From Spirochaetia bacterium (GTDB taxonomy: Bacteria > Spirochaetota > Spirochaetia > UBA9216), in contig OY776510.1 of the NCBI GenBank assembly GCA_963675665.1, positions 1,664,001 to 1,728,000 of the forward strand: DNA of 64,000 nucleotides, given 5' to 3'. Under the pieces are notes generated by a model, which made no database searches, had not been told where the DNA came from, and saw only the letters and a program-made list of their open reading frames with translations. Positions 48,290 to 57,192 of the stretch are shown piece by piece. A program made the translations under genes and the position numbers. Numbering within the stretch: the first letter of the stretch is position 1; every line of letters starts with the position of its first letter.

Positions 48290-48525
48290 TTATTGTGAAA
48301 TAGAGATTCTCAGACAGTTATTTCTATAACATTTTAAGATATGATTTTTATCAAAAAAGGAGAGATGGTTAATTTTTAATATTGCTACCTGGTTGCTGGA
48401 AGGATATTGAAACAAATATACTCTCATATCTATAAAAAGAAGAAATCTCCTCCGTAAATTAAGTAATTACGGCAAGTAGAAGAAGCTTTGTCAGGTTTTC
48501 AGGTATGGTTATCAGCAGGCAGGAT

Positions 48526-48794
48526 GGCAGCCTCAAATTCTTTTGCACTTTTATTTCTGATCCTCGGGAGGCCGTTACTCTGGCCTCCTTTTATCAATAT
48601 GCATATTCTTAATACAGGTCGATACTCAAGTAGCATTTTAAACCCTATTTGGGTCCTCCAATATGTTTAAGCCTGTTTGCCGTCAACAAGATGGCTGATT
48701 CTTCATCAGGAGAATCCCCGATGTCTTTAGCCAGTCGTCTGATTTTTCTTACTATTTTTTCTAACTCATTTTTTAATATTGGTTCTCCGGATTC
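48526..48794 (-). mobile_element. IS256-family relic (transposase C-terminus and terminal repeat)
   Basis: Minus strand NELEKIVRKIRRLAKDIGDSPDEESAILLTANRLKHIGG resembles the IS256 tail N.LER...EIRRR...G.FPD..S...L...RLRH; GGCAGCCTCAAATTCTTTTGCAC at 48526 resembles an IS256 end. Confidence 0.6.
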
Positions 48795-48818
48795 TTATTC
48801 CTGTGCATTAACGAGTAT

Positions 48819-48860
48819 AAAAAAAGACTGTACAACACTTCGTGTTATCCAGTCTTTTTT
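48819..48860 (-). terminator. Terminator hairpin immediately 3' of the tRNA fragment
   Basis: AAAAAAGACTG...AACAC-TTC-GTGTT...CAGTCTTTTTT; could act in both directions. Confidence 0.7.
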
Positions 48861-48885
48861 GGGGTCCACTAGGACTTGAACCTGG
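48860..48885 (-). other. tRNA 3'-end fragment, candidate att site of an integrative element
   Basis: Minus strand CCAGG-TTCAAGT-CCTAG-TGGACCC-CA: T-arm plus acceptor 3' strand, with no 5' half upstream. Confidence 0.65.
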
Positions 48886-49011
48886 TAGGCATGTTTACAT
48901 TTACTTCGACTTTTATCAGTCCGATTCTTATAACTTAATATAACACAATTAATTACATTTAGCAATGGCTGTATTTTTTTGGAGTATTTTCGGCAATTTT
49001 AACTTGTTTAC

Positions 49012-49071
49012 AATGTCAGAACTGAAGTCAGAGTTGAAGATTTTTCATAAAATGTCAAAGATAATGTCAGG
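49012..49071 (+). repeat. Two pairs of 12-bp-spaced direct repeats (candidate integrase arm sites)
   Basis: AATGTCAGA 49012 and GAAGTCAGA 49024; AATGTCAAA 49051 and AATGTCAGG 49063. Confidence 0.5.
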
Positions 49072-49581
49072 ATTTATGCTGTGTACGTCGTCAAATAATT
49101 CATACCAATCATATCAATTTTTTCAGCTATAGATTTTGCATCATTGAGAATTATGGGTGACGAGATAGTTGGACCTTTCAATTAAATAAAGAGTATCAAG
49201 TGAAGGATTTCAAAAACTGGGTATTTTTGGAAGAATTCTTTAACCGCTTTCCCGATGTGGATTGAAGTAAAACTGAAAAAAGTACAGTGTGTATTATGGA
49301 ATATACGAGAAATTGCTAAAGAGAATTAAAACTATCATAATATTAGTAGATAAGAAAGAAATTATGTTATTATTTCTATGTAAGGCAGAGTTACGGAAGT
49401 TATAATTATCCTTATTTAGTTTTTCTTTAGACTATTGAGATATTGTATTCACAAAAGCATATAAAATCAATACAAATCAAATTTTTTAGTTAAAAATTGC
49501 TTGACATAATGGAATGTGTGTATTTAGATTGTATTAATATAAATAATACTTAACAGGTATGGAATGTGTTGGGAGATTAAT

Positions 49582-51018
49582 GTGAGTAGTGTATTTTTAT
49601 CTATTGATTCAGGCACCAGTTCAATCAGAGTTTCCTTTTTCAGTGAAGAAATAGTTTTAATTGCATCTGAGTCTATCGAAAGATCTGTAAATAGAAAATT
49701 TTCAGCAGAACAAGAATGGGATTATACGAGGAAGTTGATAAGAAGGATTATAGAAAAGAATCCCGGCTATAAGATTAAGGCAATAGCTGTCTCTCAGTTC
49801 TTGTCGTGGGTAATGATTGATAAAGATGGTAACCCTTTATCAGATGTAATTATGTATACAGATCAGAATTTAAAAGAATACACAGAATATTTGTCAAAGA
49901 ATCCACTATTAGACTTTTATAAAAAGACTGGAAGAGATATATCTGCCGATATGCCTATATTTGAGTTGATAAGGATTAAAAATGAAAATAGGAGAATGTA
50001 TGATAAAATTTATAAAATGATTCCTGTTAAAGATTACATAAATTTTAAATTAACAGGAGAAATTTTTTCAGATTATACTTTTTCCTGTTATGGATCGGTT
50101 TTTAATATAATAACAAAGGATTATGATGATGAAATCCTGTTATCATTTAATATTGAAAAAGATAAATTCCCCGAATTAAGAAAGTGCAACAGTATTATAG
50201 GAATGGTAAATGGTAAAGTCGCAAGCGATATTGGCCTTGCTGAAGAAATACCGGTTGCAGCAGGTGGGCCTGACGGGAGCATCGGAATAATCGGAATCGG
50301 TAATACAAAAAAAACAAGTGCCGTAAGCATTATGGGCACAACAGATGTATTTTTTGCAAATAGTGATAGCTGTTTAATAAAAAAAATAGGAAAGGAACTT
50401 GTAAAGAATATTCACCCTCTTGAAGATAATTATCTTTTAGGTGGTCCTATGGGGTTTTCTGGAGGTACTATTAATTGGTTAATTAAATTTCTTAACGGCC
50501 AGTATTCTTTAGAAAATTTAAATGAAATAGCTGAGGATATTCCACTAGGTTCTGGAGGAGTAATGTTTATTCCAGGATTGACTGGTGAGAGGGCACCATT
50601 TTGGAATCCAAAAATTAAAGGAAGTATTATAGGGTTGCAGCCTTATCATAATGCCGGTCATATGTTTAGAGCTATTCTTGAAGCTAATTCGTTTACTACA
50701 TTAAAAATAATCGAAATAATTAGATGTCAGGGAGCAGATGTTAATAATATAATTACAGGTGGTGGTGGGAGCAGGAGCAATTTGTGGATGCAGATAAAAG
50801 CAGATATTACAGGAATTCCTGTTATGGTTTCGTCAGAAAAAGAGACCACTTCTAAAGGAAATGCTATTATAGCGAGTTTAGCTGTAAATAATAGATCAGT
50901 TATTCCGGAACCACAAATTCGACATGTTTTTTATCCGGATAAGGAAGTTCATGAAAAGTATCATGAGTCTTATAATTTATATTTGAAATTTATTAAATTA
51001 ATTAATGAAATTTATTGA
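49582..51018 (+). CDS. FGGY family carbohydrate kinase (xylulokinase-like)
   Basis: IDSGTSSIR, KDYINFKLTG, GGPD, MGTT, PGLTGERAP.W, RAILE and GGGSRS.LW.QIKADI motifs; GGGAG + GTG start. Confidence 0.9.
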   Translation: MSSVFLSIDSGTSSIRVSFFSEEIVLIASESIERSVNRKFSAEQEWDYTRKLIRRIIEKNPGYKIKAIAVSQFLSWVMIDKDGNPLSDVIMYTDQNLKEYTEYLSKNPLLDFYKKTGRDISADMPIFELIRIKNENRRMYDKIYKMIPVKDYINFKLTGEIFSDYTFSCYGSVFNIITKDYDDEILLSFNIEKDKFPELRKCNSIIGMVNGKVASDIGLAEEIPVAAGGPDGSIGIIGIGNTKKTSAVSIMGTTDVFFANSDSCLIKKIGKELVKNIHPLEDNYLLGGPMGFSGGTINWLIKFLNGQYSLENLNEIAEDIPLGSGGVMFIPGLTGERAPFWNPKIKGSIIGLQPYHNAGHMFRAILEANSFTTLKIIEIIRCQGADVNNIITGGGGSRSNLWMQIKADITGIPVMVSSEKETTSKGNAIIASLAVNNRSVIPEPQIRHVFYPDKEVHEKYHESYNLYLKFIKLINEIY

Positions 51019-51064
51019 ATTTTAAATGTAATGGTTAATTTAAATAATATTGGGAGATGAATAA

Positions 51065-51799
51065 TTGGTAGATAGAAAGAGAACAAATACAAATCCATTA
51101 TATCATACTATAAAGGAAGATATAAAAAAGCAGATTCATGAAGAGATTTATAGGCCTGGAGATTTCATCTCTACCGAAGGAGAACTTTGCCGACAATATG
51201 ATGTAAGTAGAGTTACTGTGAGACGTGCTATTGAAGAACTTATAGACGAAGGTGTATTGAATCGGGAATCTGGAAAAACGGCACACGTAGCAGAGAAATC
51301 TATTCCTAGAAGCTTGAATCAACTTGGTGGATTGCATGAAGAATTATCACGAGATGGTATCAAATGTTCATCGTTTATTCTAAATTCTGAAAAGATAAGG
51401 GCAGATTCAATTATGGCTGATAATCTAAAAATAAACGAAGGAGATTGTTTGCATCGGGTAGAACGTCTAAGATATGCTAATGGAACTCCTCTCTCTTATC
51501 AGATCTTATATTTAGTCGATAAATCCTGTCCAGATCTTGACGTTCAGAAATTAGCTACAAAATCTTTATTTGAGACATTGGAAAAAGAGTATAATCTTAA
51601 AATTGAATATGCGACACAGACTATCTCTGCTGCATTAGCAACTTATAAGCAAGCTGCTCTTCTAGAGCTTCCTGAACGAACATGTATGCTTTGCATAAAA
51701 CGTATTACATATCTAAAAGATGGAAATGCGATTGAATATTCTGAAAGTTTTTATGTAGCAAGTAAATATAATTTATCAATGACTTTGCAGCGGAATTAG
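51065..51799 (+). CDS. GntR/HutC family regulator (UTRA domain)
   Basis: PLY..IKE, EL...Y.VSRVTVRRAI, ERLRYANG.P and SLF..LE motifs. Confidence 0.92.
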   Translation: MVDRKRTNTNPLYHTIKEDIKKQIHEEIYRPGDFISTEGELCRQYDVSRVTVRRAIEELIDEGVLNRESGKTAHVAEKSIPRSLNQLGGLHEELSRDGIKCSSFILNSEKIRADSIMADNLKINEGDCLHRVERLRYANGTPLSYQILYLVDKSCPDLDVQKLATKSLFETLEKEYNLKIEYATQTISAALATYKQAALLELPERTCMLCIKRITYLKDGNAIEYSESFYVASKYNLSMTLQRN

Positions 51800-51828
51800 C
51801 AATACATGTAGCCATAATTATAACAATT

Positions 51829-51899
51829 ACAATACAAATGTAATAAAAAGAGTTGACAGGTAAGCAATCCTTATTGTATTGTTATTGTAACATAACAAT
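51829..51899 (+). promoter_or_regulatory. Promoter with ACAATACA/TGTATTGT boxes upstream of the ThDP gene
   Basis: TTGACA at 51853; ACAATACAAATGTAAT at 51829 and TTGTATTGT at about 51874. Confidence 0.5.
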
Positions 51900-51911
51900 G
51901 AGGGTATAATA

Positions 51912-53570
51912 ATGAGTGAACAGTATAAAGGGGGACAGTTAGTAGTTAAAGTCCTCGAAGAAAATAAAACAAAAGTAGTATTCGGTATTCCCGGAGGACA
52001 AACTTTAAGTGTAACGGATGCGATATATGATACAGATATCAGGTTTATAAATACACGACATGAAAATGGTTCAGCCTGTGCGGCAGATGGTTGGGGGCGC
52101 CTGACTGGAGAACCCGGAATATGCCTGGCAACAACCGGATGCGGAGCATCAAACCTGATAACCGGTTTAGGCGGAGCATACAGGGATTCTAGTCCGGTAA
52201 TTGCGTTGGTATTTCAAAATAAACTACCTGACGCAGGAAAAGGTGATGCGCAGGAGAGTAATCATGAAGCTTTATTCTCAAGTATATGTAAGCAGTACAT
52301 CCCGGTAAGATCTGCCGGCAGTGTGGTATGGGCAATGCGTGAAGCCTACAGGGTTGCAAAAACCGGCAGGCCCGGACCCGTTGTCGTTGATTTGTATAGA
52401 GATGTTGTTGAAGATCAGACAGCAGGATACGAGTATGTGGACCCAAAAAGTTACTGTATACAAAGCAGGGTTAAGCCAGATGACGAAGAAGTAAAATCAG
52501 CAGTTAAAGCAATAAAAGACAGTAGCAAAATCTGTGTTTGGTGCGGTAATGGCGTTAAACTTTCAGATGCATCGGAAGAAGTAATGAAACTGTCTAAAAT
52601 AACCAATGCGCCGGTAGTTACAACCTATAACGGGATTGCATGCATCCCCGGAGAATTTGAAAATCTGATAGGTCCGAGGAGCCGGCATGGTAGTGTCGTC
52701 ACCAAGGCCGCAATAGAGGATGCAGATTGTATAGTATTGGTAGGCTCGACACTGACGGCGATAAGCACAAACCGTTGGAGTATAAAAGCTAAGAATATAA
52801 TCCAGATAGATATAATCCCTGAGAACATAGGCAGACATTATCCTGTATCGGTAGGTGTGGTCGGAGATGCGAAGAAAGCATTAACCGCGATAACTGACGG
52901 TTTGGTAAGTGCCGGATTCATTGGTGAAGAAGCTTTCCTTCAGGAACTGAAAAGTAAAAAGTCAGAATGGGAAAAGAAAACAGTATCCGGGGCGATAGCG
53001 GATAAGACAGCGGAGCCGGTGGCGCCGATAGCTTTTGCGAAAGAATTTGAGAAGGTACTATCTGAGAACAGTGTTTTAGCGGTAGACGCGGGAAATCCCG
53101 GGGCATGGACGCATATAATAAAATTTCCGAAAGGAACTTCCTATATGAAGCCGGTAAATTTTGGGAACATGGGTTTTGCTCTTCCGGCTGCCTTGGGGGC
53201 AAAGGCTGCTGCACCGGAAAAAGAAGTAATAGCGTTGTTGGGTGACGGGTCGCTTGGAATGACTCTGACGGAACTGGAAACAGTGGCCCGGGAGAAACTA
53301 AATATCATAATACTTGTATTGAATGATGATGCGTATGGAAATATCAGGCAGGAAGAGCTTTTTAAGACCGGAAAGGAACGGTACATAGGAGTTGATTTCA
53401 CTCGGGTTGATTATGTGGATGTAGCAAAGGCGCTTGGATGTGATGGAGCTGTAGTACGAAAAGCAAGCGACTTATCTTCCGCATTTGCGCAAGCCCGTGC
53501 GTCGGAGAAGCCCTTTATGATTGAAGTAAAGTTCGATGGTAGCTATACTATTTGGCCTGAAGCTTTCTAG
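51912..53570 (+). CDS. ThDP-dependent enzyme (acetolactate synthase/2-hydroxyacyl-CoA lyase superfamily)
   Basis: VFGIPGG, RHE (catalytic Glu), GRPGPV, G.MGF.LPAALG and GDGS...N..YG motifs; TTGCG replaces the usual TSGPG. Confidence 0.88.
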   Translation: MSEQYKGGQLVVKVLEENKTKVVFGIPGGQTLSVTDAIYDTDIRFINTRHENGSACAADGWGRLTGEPGICLATTGCGASNLITGLGGAYRDSSPVIALVFQNKLPDAGKGDAQESNHEALFSSICKQYIPVRSAGSVVWAMREAYRVAKTGRPGPVVVDLYRDVVEDQTAGYEYVDPKSYCIQSRVKPDDEEVKSAVKAIKDSSKICVWCGNGVKLSDASEEVMKLSKITNAPVVTTYNGIACIPGEFENLIGPRSRHGSVVTKAAIEDADCIVLVGSTLTAISTNRWSIKAKNIIQIDIIPENIGRHYPVSVGVVGDAKKALTAITDGLVSAGFIGEEAFLQELKSKKSEWEKKTVSGAIADKTAEPVAPIAFAKEFEKVLSENSVLAVDAGNPGAWTHIIKFPKGTSYMKPVNFGNMGFALPAALGAKAAAPEKEVIALLGDGSLGMTLTELETVAREKLNIIILVLNDDAYGNIRQEELFKTGKERYIGVDFTRVDYVDVAKALGCDGAVVRKASDLSSAFAQARASEKPFMIEVKFDGSYTIWPEAF

Positions 53571-53748
53571 AGAAGAGTGTTTTGAAAGAACAAAATAGAA
53601 GAATAAAACTTGTAATCACATATGATGCTATCAGAACTATGGTGATGGTTAAGTGCTCTGCTAATATGTGGTTCCCTGAAATGAAGTGGCTTGATGCAAA
53701 ACTTATATTACAGTCGGCAATACTATAAAAAAATATTGGAGGATTTTT

Positions 53749-54654
53749 TTGGAAAGGAAATCAAAACAGACTACAGTTGAGGAAGCTGTTTCAATAATTG
53801 AGTCTGGTTCAAAATTGGCAATTGGCGGATCTCTTATACGTAAAGCTCCTATGGCACTTGTAAGAGAAGTTGTTAAACAAAAAAAACGAGATTTAACTTT
53901 GTATAGTTGGTCGGCTGGGATGGACTTTGATCTATTAATTGGTGCAGGTTGTGTAAAGGAAGCTTGGTCTTCATACTGCGGCTTGTTTCAATTCGGTATG
54001 GCTATGAATTTCCGGCGCGAAGTTGAGAGCGAGAAGGTGCGGTTTGTTGATCTGAGCGAAACATGCGCTAAAGATAAATTCAGGGCTGCCGCGTTTGGTA
54101 ACACATACTGTATTTCAAAAGTCCCGTTACATACAAGCCTTATGGAAAATGAAGAATTTCAGAATATTGTAACTTGTCCATTCACCGGCGAAGAATACGT
54201 AGCGATGGAAGCATACCATCCTGACGTAGCCATTCTGCATGCCCATAGAGCGGATAAATACGGAAATGTTCAACTTGACCCGATACGGATGATGGATAAT
54301 GAATGTGATATTATGATAGCAAAATCTGCGAAAAAGGTGATTGTTTCTGTTGAAGAAATAGTGGATGAGTCAATAATAATAGAGAATCCTACATGGACCG
54401 TACTTCCCAAGTTTTTTGTTGATCATGTAGTAGAGATACCTTTTGGTGCACATCCGAATTCATGCGATACATTATATGATTTTGATATGGAACACGGAAG
54501 ACTTTATCGTGATTACAGTGTTTCTGTAGATCAATTCCAAAAATATTTAGAGGAATATATTTTTTCATGTCTTAATCATTCTGATTATATAGAGAAATGC
54601 GGCGGTATAGATTCTTTTAGAAAATTGAGTAGATCAACGGTGGAGGATAATTGA
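53749..54654 (+). CDS. Family I CoA-transferase subunit A (GctA-like)
   Basis: IGG....R.PMA..RE, DLLIGAG, CPFTGE, PDVAILHA..AD..GN and P.GAHP motifs. Confidence 0.88.
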   Translation: MERKSKQTTVEEAVSIIESGSKLAIGGSLIRKAPMALVREVVKQKKRDLTLYSWSAGMDFDLLIGAGCVKEAWSSYCGLFQFGMAMNFRREVESEKVRFVDLSETCAKDKFRAAAFGNTYCISKVPLHTSLMENEEFQNIVTCPFTGEEYVAMEAYHPDVAILHAHRADKYGNVQLDPIRMMDNECDIMIAKSAKKVIVSVEEIVDESIIIENPTWTVLPKFFVDHVVEIPFGAHPNSCDTLYDFDMEHGRLYRDYSVSVDQFQKYLEEYIFSCLNHSDYIEKCGGIDSFRKLSRSTVEDN

Positions 54655-55475
54655 TGGAGAGAGAATATACTTTAGCGGAGCTTTTGGCTGTGGAGGCCTC
54701 CAGATATGTTCAGGATGATGAGATGAATTTCGTTGGGATCGGAACAGGAGGAGAAGCTTGGGTTAGAGCTGTAGGTATGCCGACGGTTGGAGTATGCCTT
54801 GCTCAGCATAAACATGCACCGAATGCTACATTCATGATTGGCCCCGTATTGGATCCTCTTTTAGACGATATATACGTCCCTGATTCTAATTGGGAATATG
54901 ATTTAATTCATTGGCCTTGTAGAAGCCAGATACCTCTCGAAGATGCGTTGGGTATTTTCAGGCTTGGGAAAATTGGTTTGGCGTTCGCGTCAGCTGCTCA
55001 GGTAGATAAATTTGGGAATCTGAATATTGCTCGTATCGGAAGTAAAGAGAATATGAAAGTCAGATTGCCGGGATGTTTGGCTCAGACTGATCACGGAGCT
55101 TATGCTAAAAGAATTTGTGTCACAGTTAGGCACAATAAAAGAACACTAGTTGAGCACGTTGATTTCATTTCATGCGCAGGAAATGAAAATAGAAAAGGTT
55201 TGCCTGGAGGTGGTCCTGCTCTAGTGTTTACAGACAAGGCTATCATGGATTTTTCACCTGAAAATGGAAGAATGAGGTTAAAAAGTATTCATCCCGGAAT
55301 TGAAATAGAAGATGTGATTGAGAATACAGGTTTTGATTTAATTGTTCCGGAGAAGGTTGAAGAAACTCTGGCTCCCACAAAAGAAGATCTTGACCTAATC
55401 AGAAATGTTATTGATCCGAAGAAAAAGTTCTTGGAAGCACGTATAACACATGAAGCAGCAACACTTAATTGGTAG
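54654..55475 (+). CDS. Family I CoA-transferase subunit B (GctB-like)
   Basis: FVGIG, AQVDKFGNLN, VRLPG, GGP..V.TD and HPG.....V.ENTGF motifs. Confidence 0.88.
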   Translation: MEREYTLAELLAVEASRYVQDDEMNFVGIGTGGEAWVRAVGMPTVGVCLAQHKHAPNATFMIGPVLDPLLDDIYVPDSNWEYDLIHWPCRSQIPLEDALGIFRLGKIGLAFASAAQVDKFGNLNIARIGSKENMKVRLPGCLAQTDHGAYAKRICVTVRHNKRTLVEHVDFISCAGNENRKGLPGGGPALVFTDKAIMDFSPENGRMRLKSIHPGIEIEDVIENTGFDLIVPEKVEETLAPTKEDLDLIRNVIDPKKKFLEARITHEAATLNW

Positions 55476-55485
55476 GGGGGAAAAA

Positions 55486-56688
55486 ATGGGGGGAGCACTT
55501 TCCGGGATTAGAGTGTTAGATATTTCTAGATACATAGCTGGGCCATACTGCAGTATGCTGTTAGGCGATATGGGTGCTGATGTGATCAAAGTGGAAAAGA
55601 AGGGCTGTGGTGAGGATTCCAGGAGCATGATTCCATTTGCTGGAAAAGAAGGTGAAGAAAAGGTTAGTTTATACTTTACTCAATACAATAAAAATAAGAG
55701 AAGTGTAACATTAGATTTTAGAAATCCAGAAGGCATTGAATTACTTAAGGAAATGATTTCCAAAAGTGATGTTTTAGTTGAAAATTTTCGTCCAGGAACG
55801 TTAGGTAAAATGGGGCTGACAAAAGAAGTTCTTGAAAAAATCAATCCAAGTCTAATTACCGTATCTATTTCAGGATTCGGACAAGATGGTCCATATCGTG
55901 ATCGTGCTGCTTTTGACTGCATTGGACAGGTAATGGGCGGACTGATGAGTGTTACCGGCGAGCAAGACGGTGAGCCGTTATTAGTCGGCAGTTGGATAGC
56001 TGATTTTGCGACTGGTATTTATGCCGCCTTGGGTGCAGTTTCAGCGCTTTATAAAAGAAAAGAAACAGGTATAGGACAACAGATTGATGTATCGTTGCTC
56101 GAAAGTGTTATTTCTTTACTGGCAACGGCAATTCCTAATTATGTTGAAACAGGATTAAAACAGGAGCGTAGAGGGAACAGGGACAATGTTACCGGTCCGG
56201 CGAATCTATTTAAAACCAAGGACAGTATGATATATATGCATGCCGGCACAGATCCTCTATTTACGAAATTAGCCGAGTTAATGGGAAGAAAAGAATTAAA
56301 TGTTGATCCGAAATTCCACACTGCAAACGACAGGATGAATAATATAGAAGAAATTGAGGAAATTGTTCAAGACTGGATGTCAAAATATTCCACTGATGAA
56401 TTGGAAAGGATGCTTGTAGGTGTTGGGATTCCATGTTCTCCGATGGCTGATGTCGAATCTGTTATCAATAATCCACAGGTTAAACATAGAAAAGCTGTTC
56501 TATATAAAGAATATCCGGGGGTAGGAAAAATATCTCTGCCTGGATCTGTAATTAAAATGTCAAAAAATGAAAATGAAGAAATAAAATTACCGCCAAAATT
56601 AGGGCAGCATAATTTTGAAGTTTACGAAGAAGTTCTGGGGCTTTCAAATCAGGAAGTTAATAAATTAAAAGAGCAAGGAATAATATAG
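55486..56688 (+). CDS. Family III CoA-transferase (CaiB/BaiF/Frc-like)
   Basis: LSGIRVLD..RYIAGP, GADVIKVE, N.NKRS..LD, ENFRPG, ISGFG..GP, IAD (catalytic Asp) and P.LGQH motifs. Confidence 0.92.
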   Translation: MGGALSGIRVLDISRYIAGPYCSMLLGDMGADVIKVEKKGCGEDSRSMIPFAGKEGEEKVSLYFTQYNKNKRSVTLDFRNPEGIELLKEMISKSDVLVENFRPGTLGKMGLTKEVLEKINPSLITVSISGFGQDGPYRDRAAFDCIGQVMGGLMSVTGEQDGEPLLVGSWIADFATGIYAALGAVSALYKRKETGIGQQIDVSLLESVISLLATAIPNYVETGLKQERRGNRDNVTGPANLFKTKDSMIYMHAGTDPLFTKLAELMGRKELNVDPKFHTANDRMNNIEEIEEIVQDWMSKYSTDELERMLVGVGIPCSPMADVESVINNPQVKHRKAVLYKEYPGVGKISLPGSVIKMSKNENEEIKLPPKLGQHNFEVYEEVLGLSNQEVNKLKEQGII

Positions 56689-56704
56689 TTTTAAGGAGAA
56701 ATTT

Positions 56705-57190
56705 ATGCTCGTTAAAGTAAGACAAGTAATAGATCGAATAATTGGAGCAATATCCGGAATATTATTTATAATTGCTGTCTGTGCCACACTAATTGGCATA
56801 TTAGACAGAACTTTCGGTCTGAATTTGAAAACCGTCTGGGCGGAAGAAGTTACAAGATATTCAATTATTTGGGCTATGTTTTTAATAGTAGGTATTTGTC
56901 TTAGAAGAGGATATCAAACTGCATTTACATTATTTCTTGATAAAATGAATGTTAAATTAAGGGCTTTATTTCAAATAATAATATATATACTTATTACTTT
57001 ATTTTGTCTGCTTTTATTCTATTATGGTATCAAATCCTCGTTTCAAAATATAAATCAACATTCGCCTGTTTTGCAAATCAGTATGACTTATCCATTCTTA
57101 TCAATTCCTGTTGGTGCGGCTTTATGCTTGTTTGAAACGGTATCGGGTATTTATGTAACAATTAGCGGACAACTAAGAGAAGGAATATAG
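56705..57190 (+). CDS. dctQ: TRAP transporter small permease
   Basis: 4 TM helices; WAEEVTRY and SPVLQI motifs. Confidence 0.88.
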   Translation: MLVKVRQVIDRIIGAISGILFIIAVCATLIGILDRTFGLNLKTVWAEEVTRYSIIWAMFLIVGICLRRGYQTAFTLFLDKMNVKLRALFQIIIYILITLFCLLLFYYGIKSSFQNINQHSPVLQISMTYPFLSIPVGAALCLFETVSGIYVTISGQLREGI

Positions 57191-57192
57191 AG

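Noticed and set aside
48860-48940. Complete tRNA gene
   Set aside because: Only the T-arm and acceptor 3' strand are present; no D-arm, anticodon arm or 5' acceptor strand on the minus strand.
51912-53570. Biosynthetic acetolactate synthase IlvB
   Set aside because: No ilvN/ilvC/ilvD nearby, catabolic context, and the typical DAFQE motif reads DAQE.
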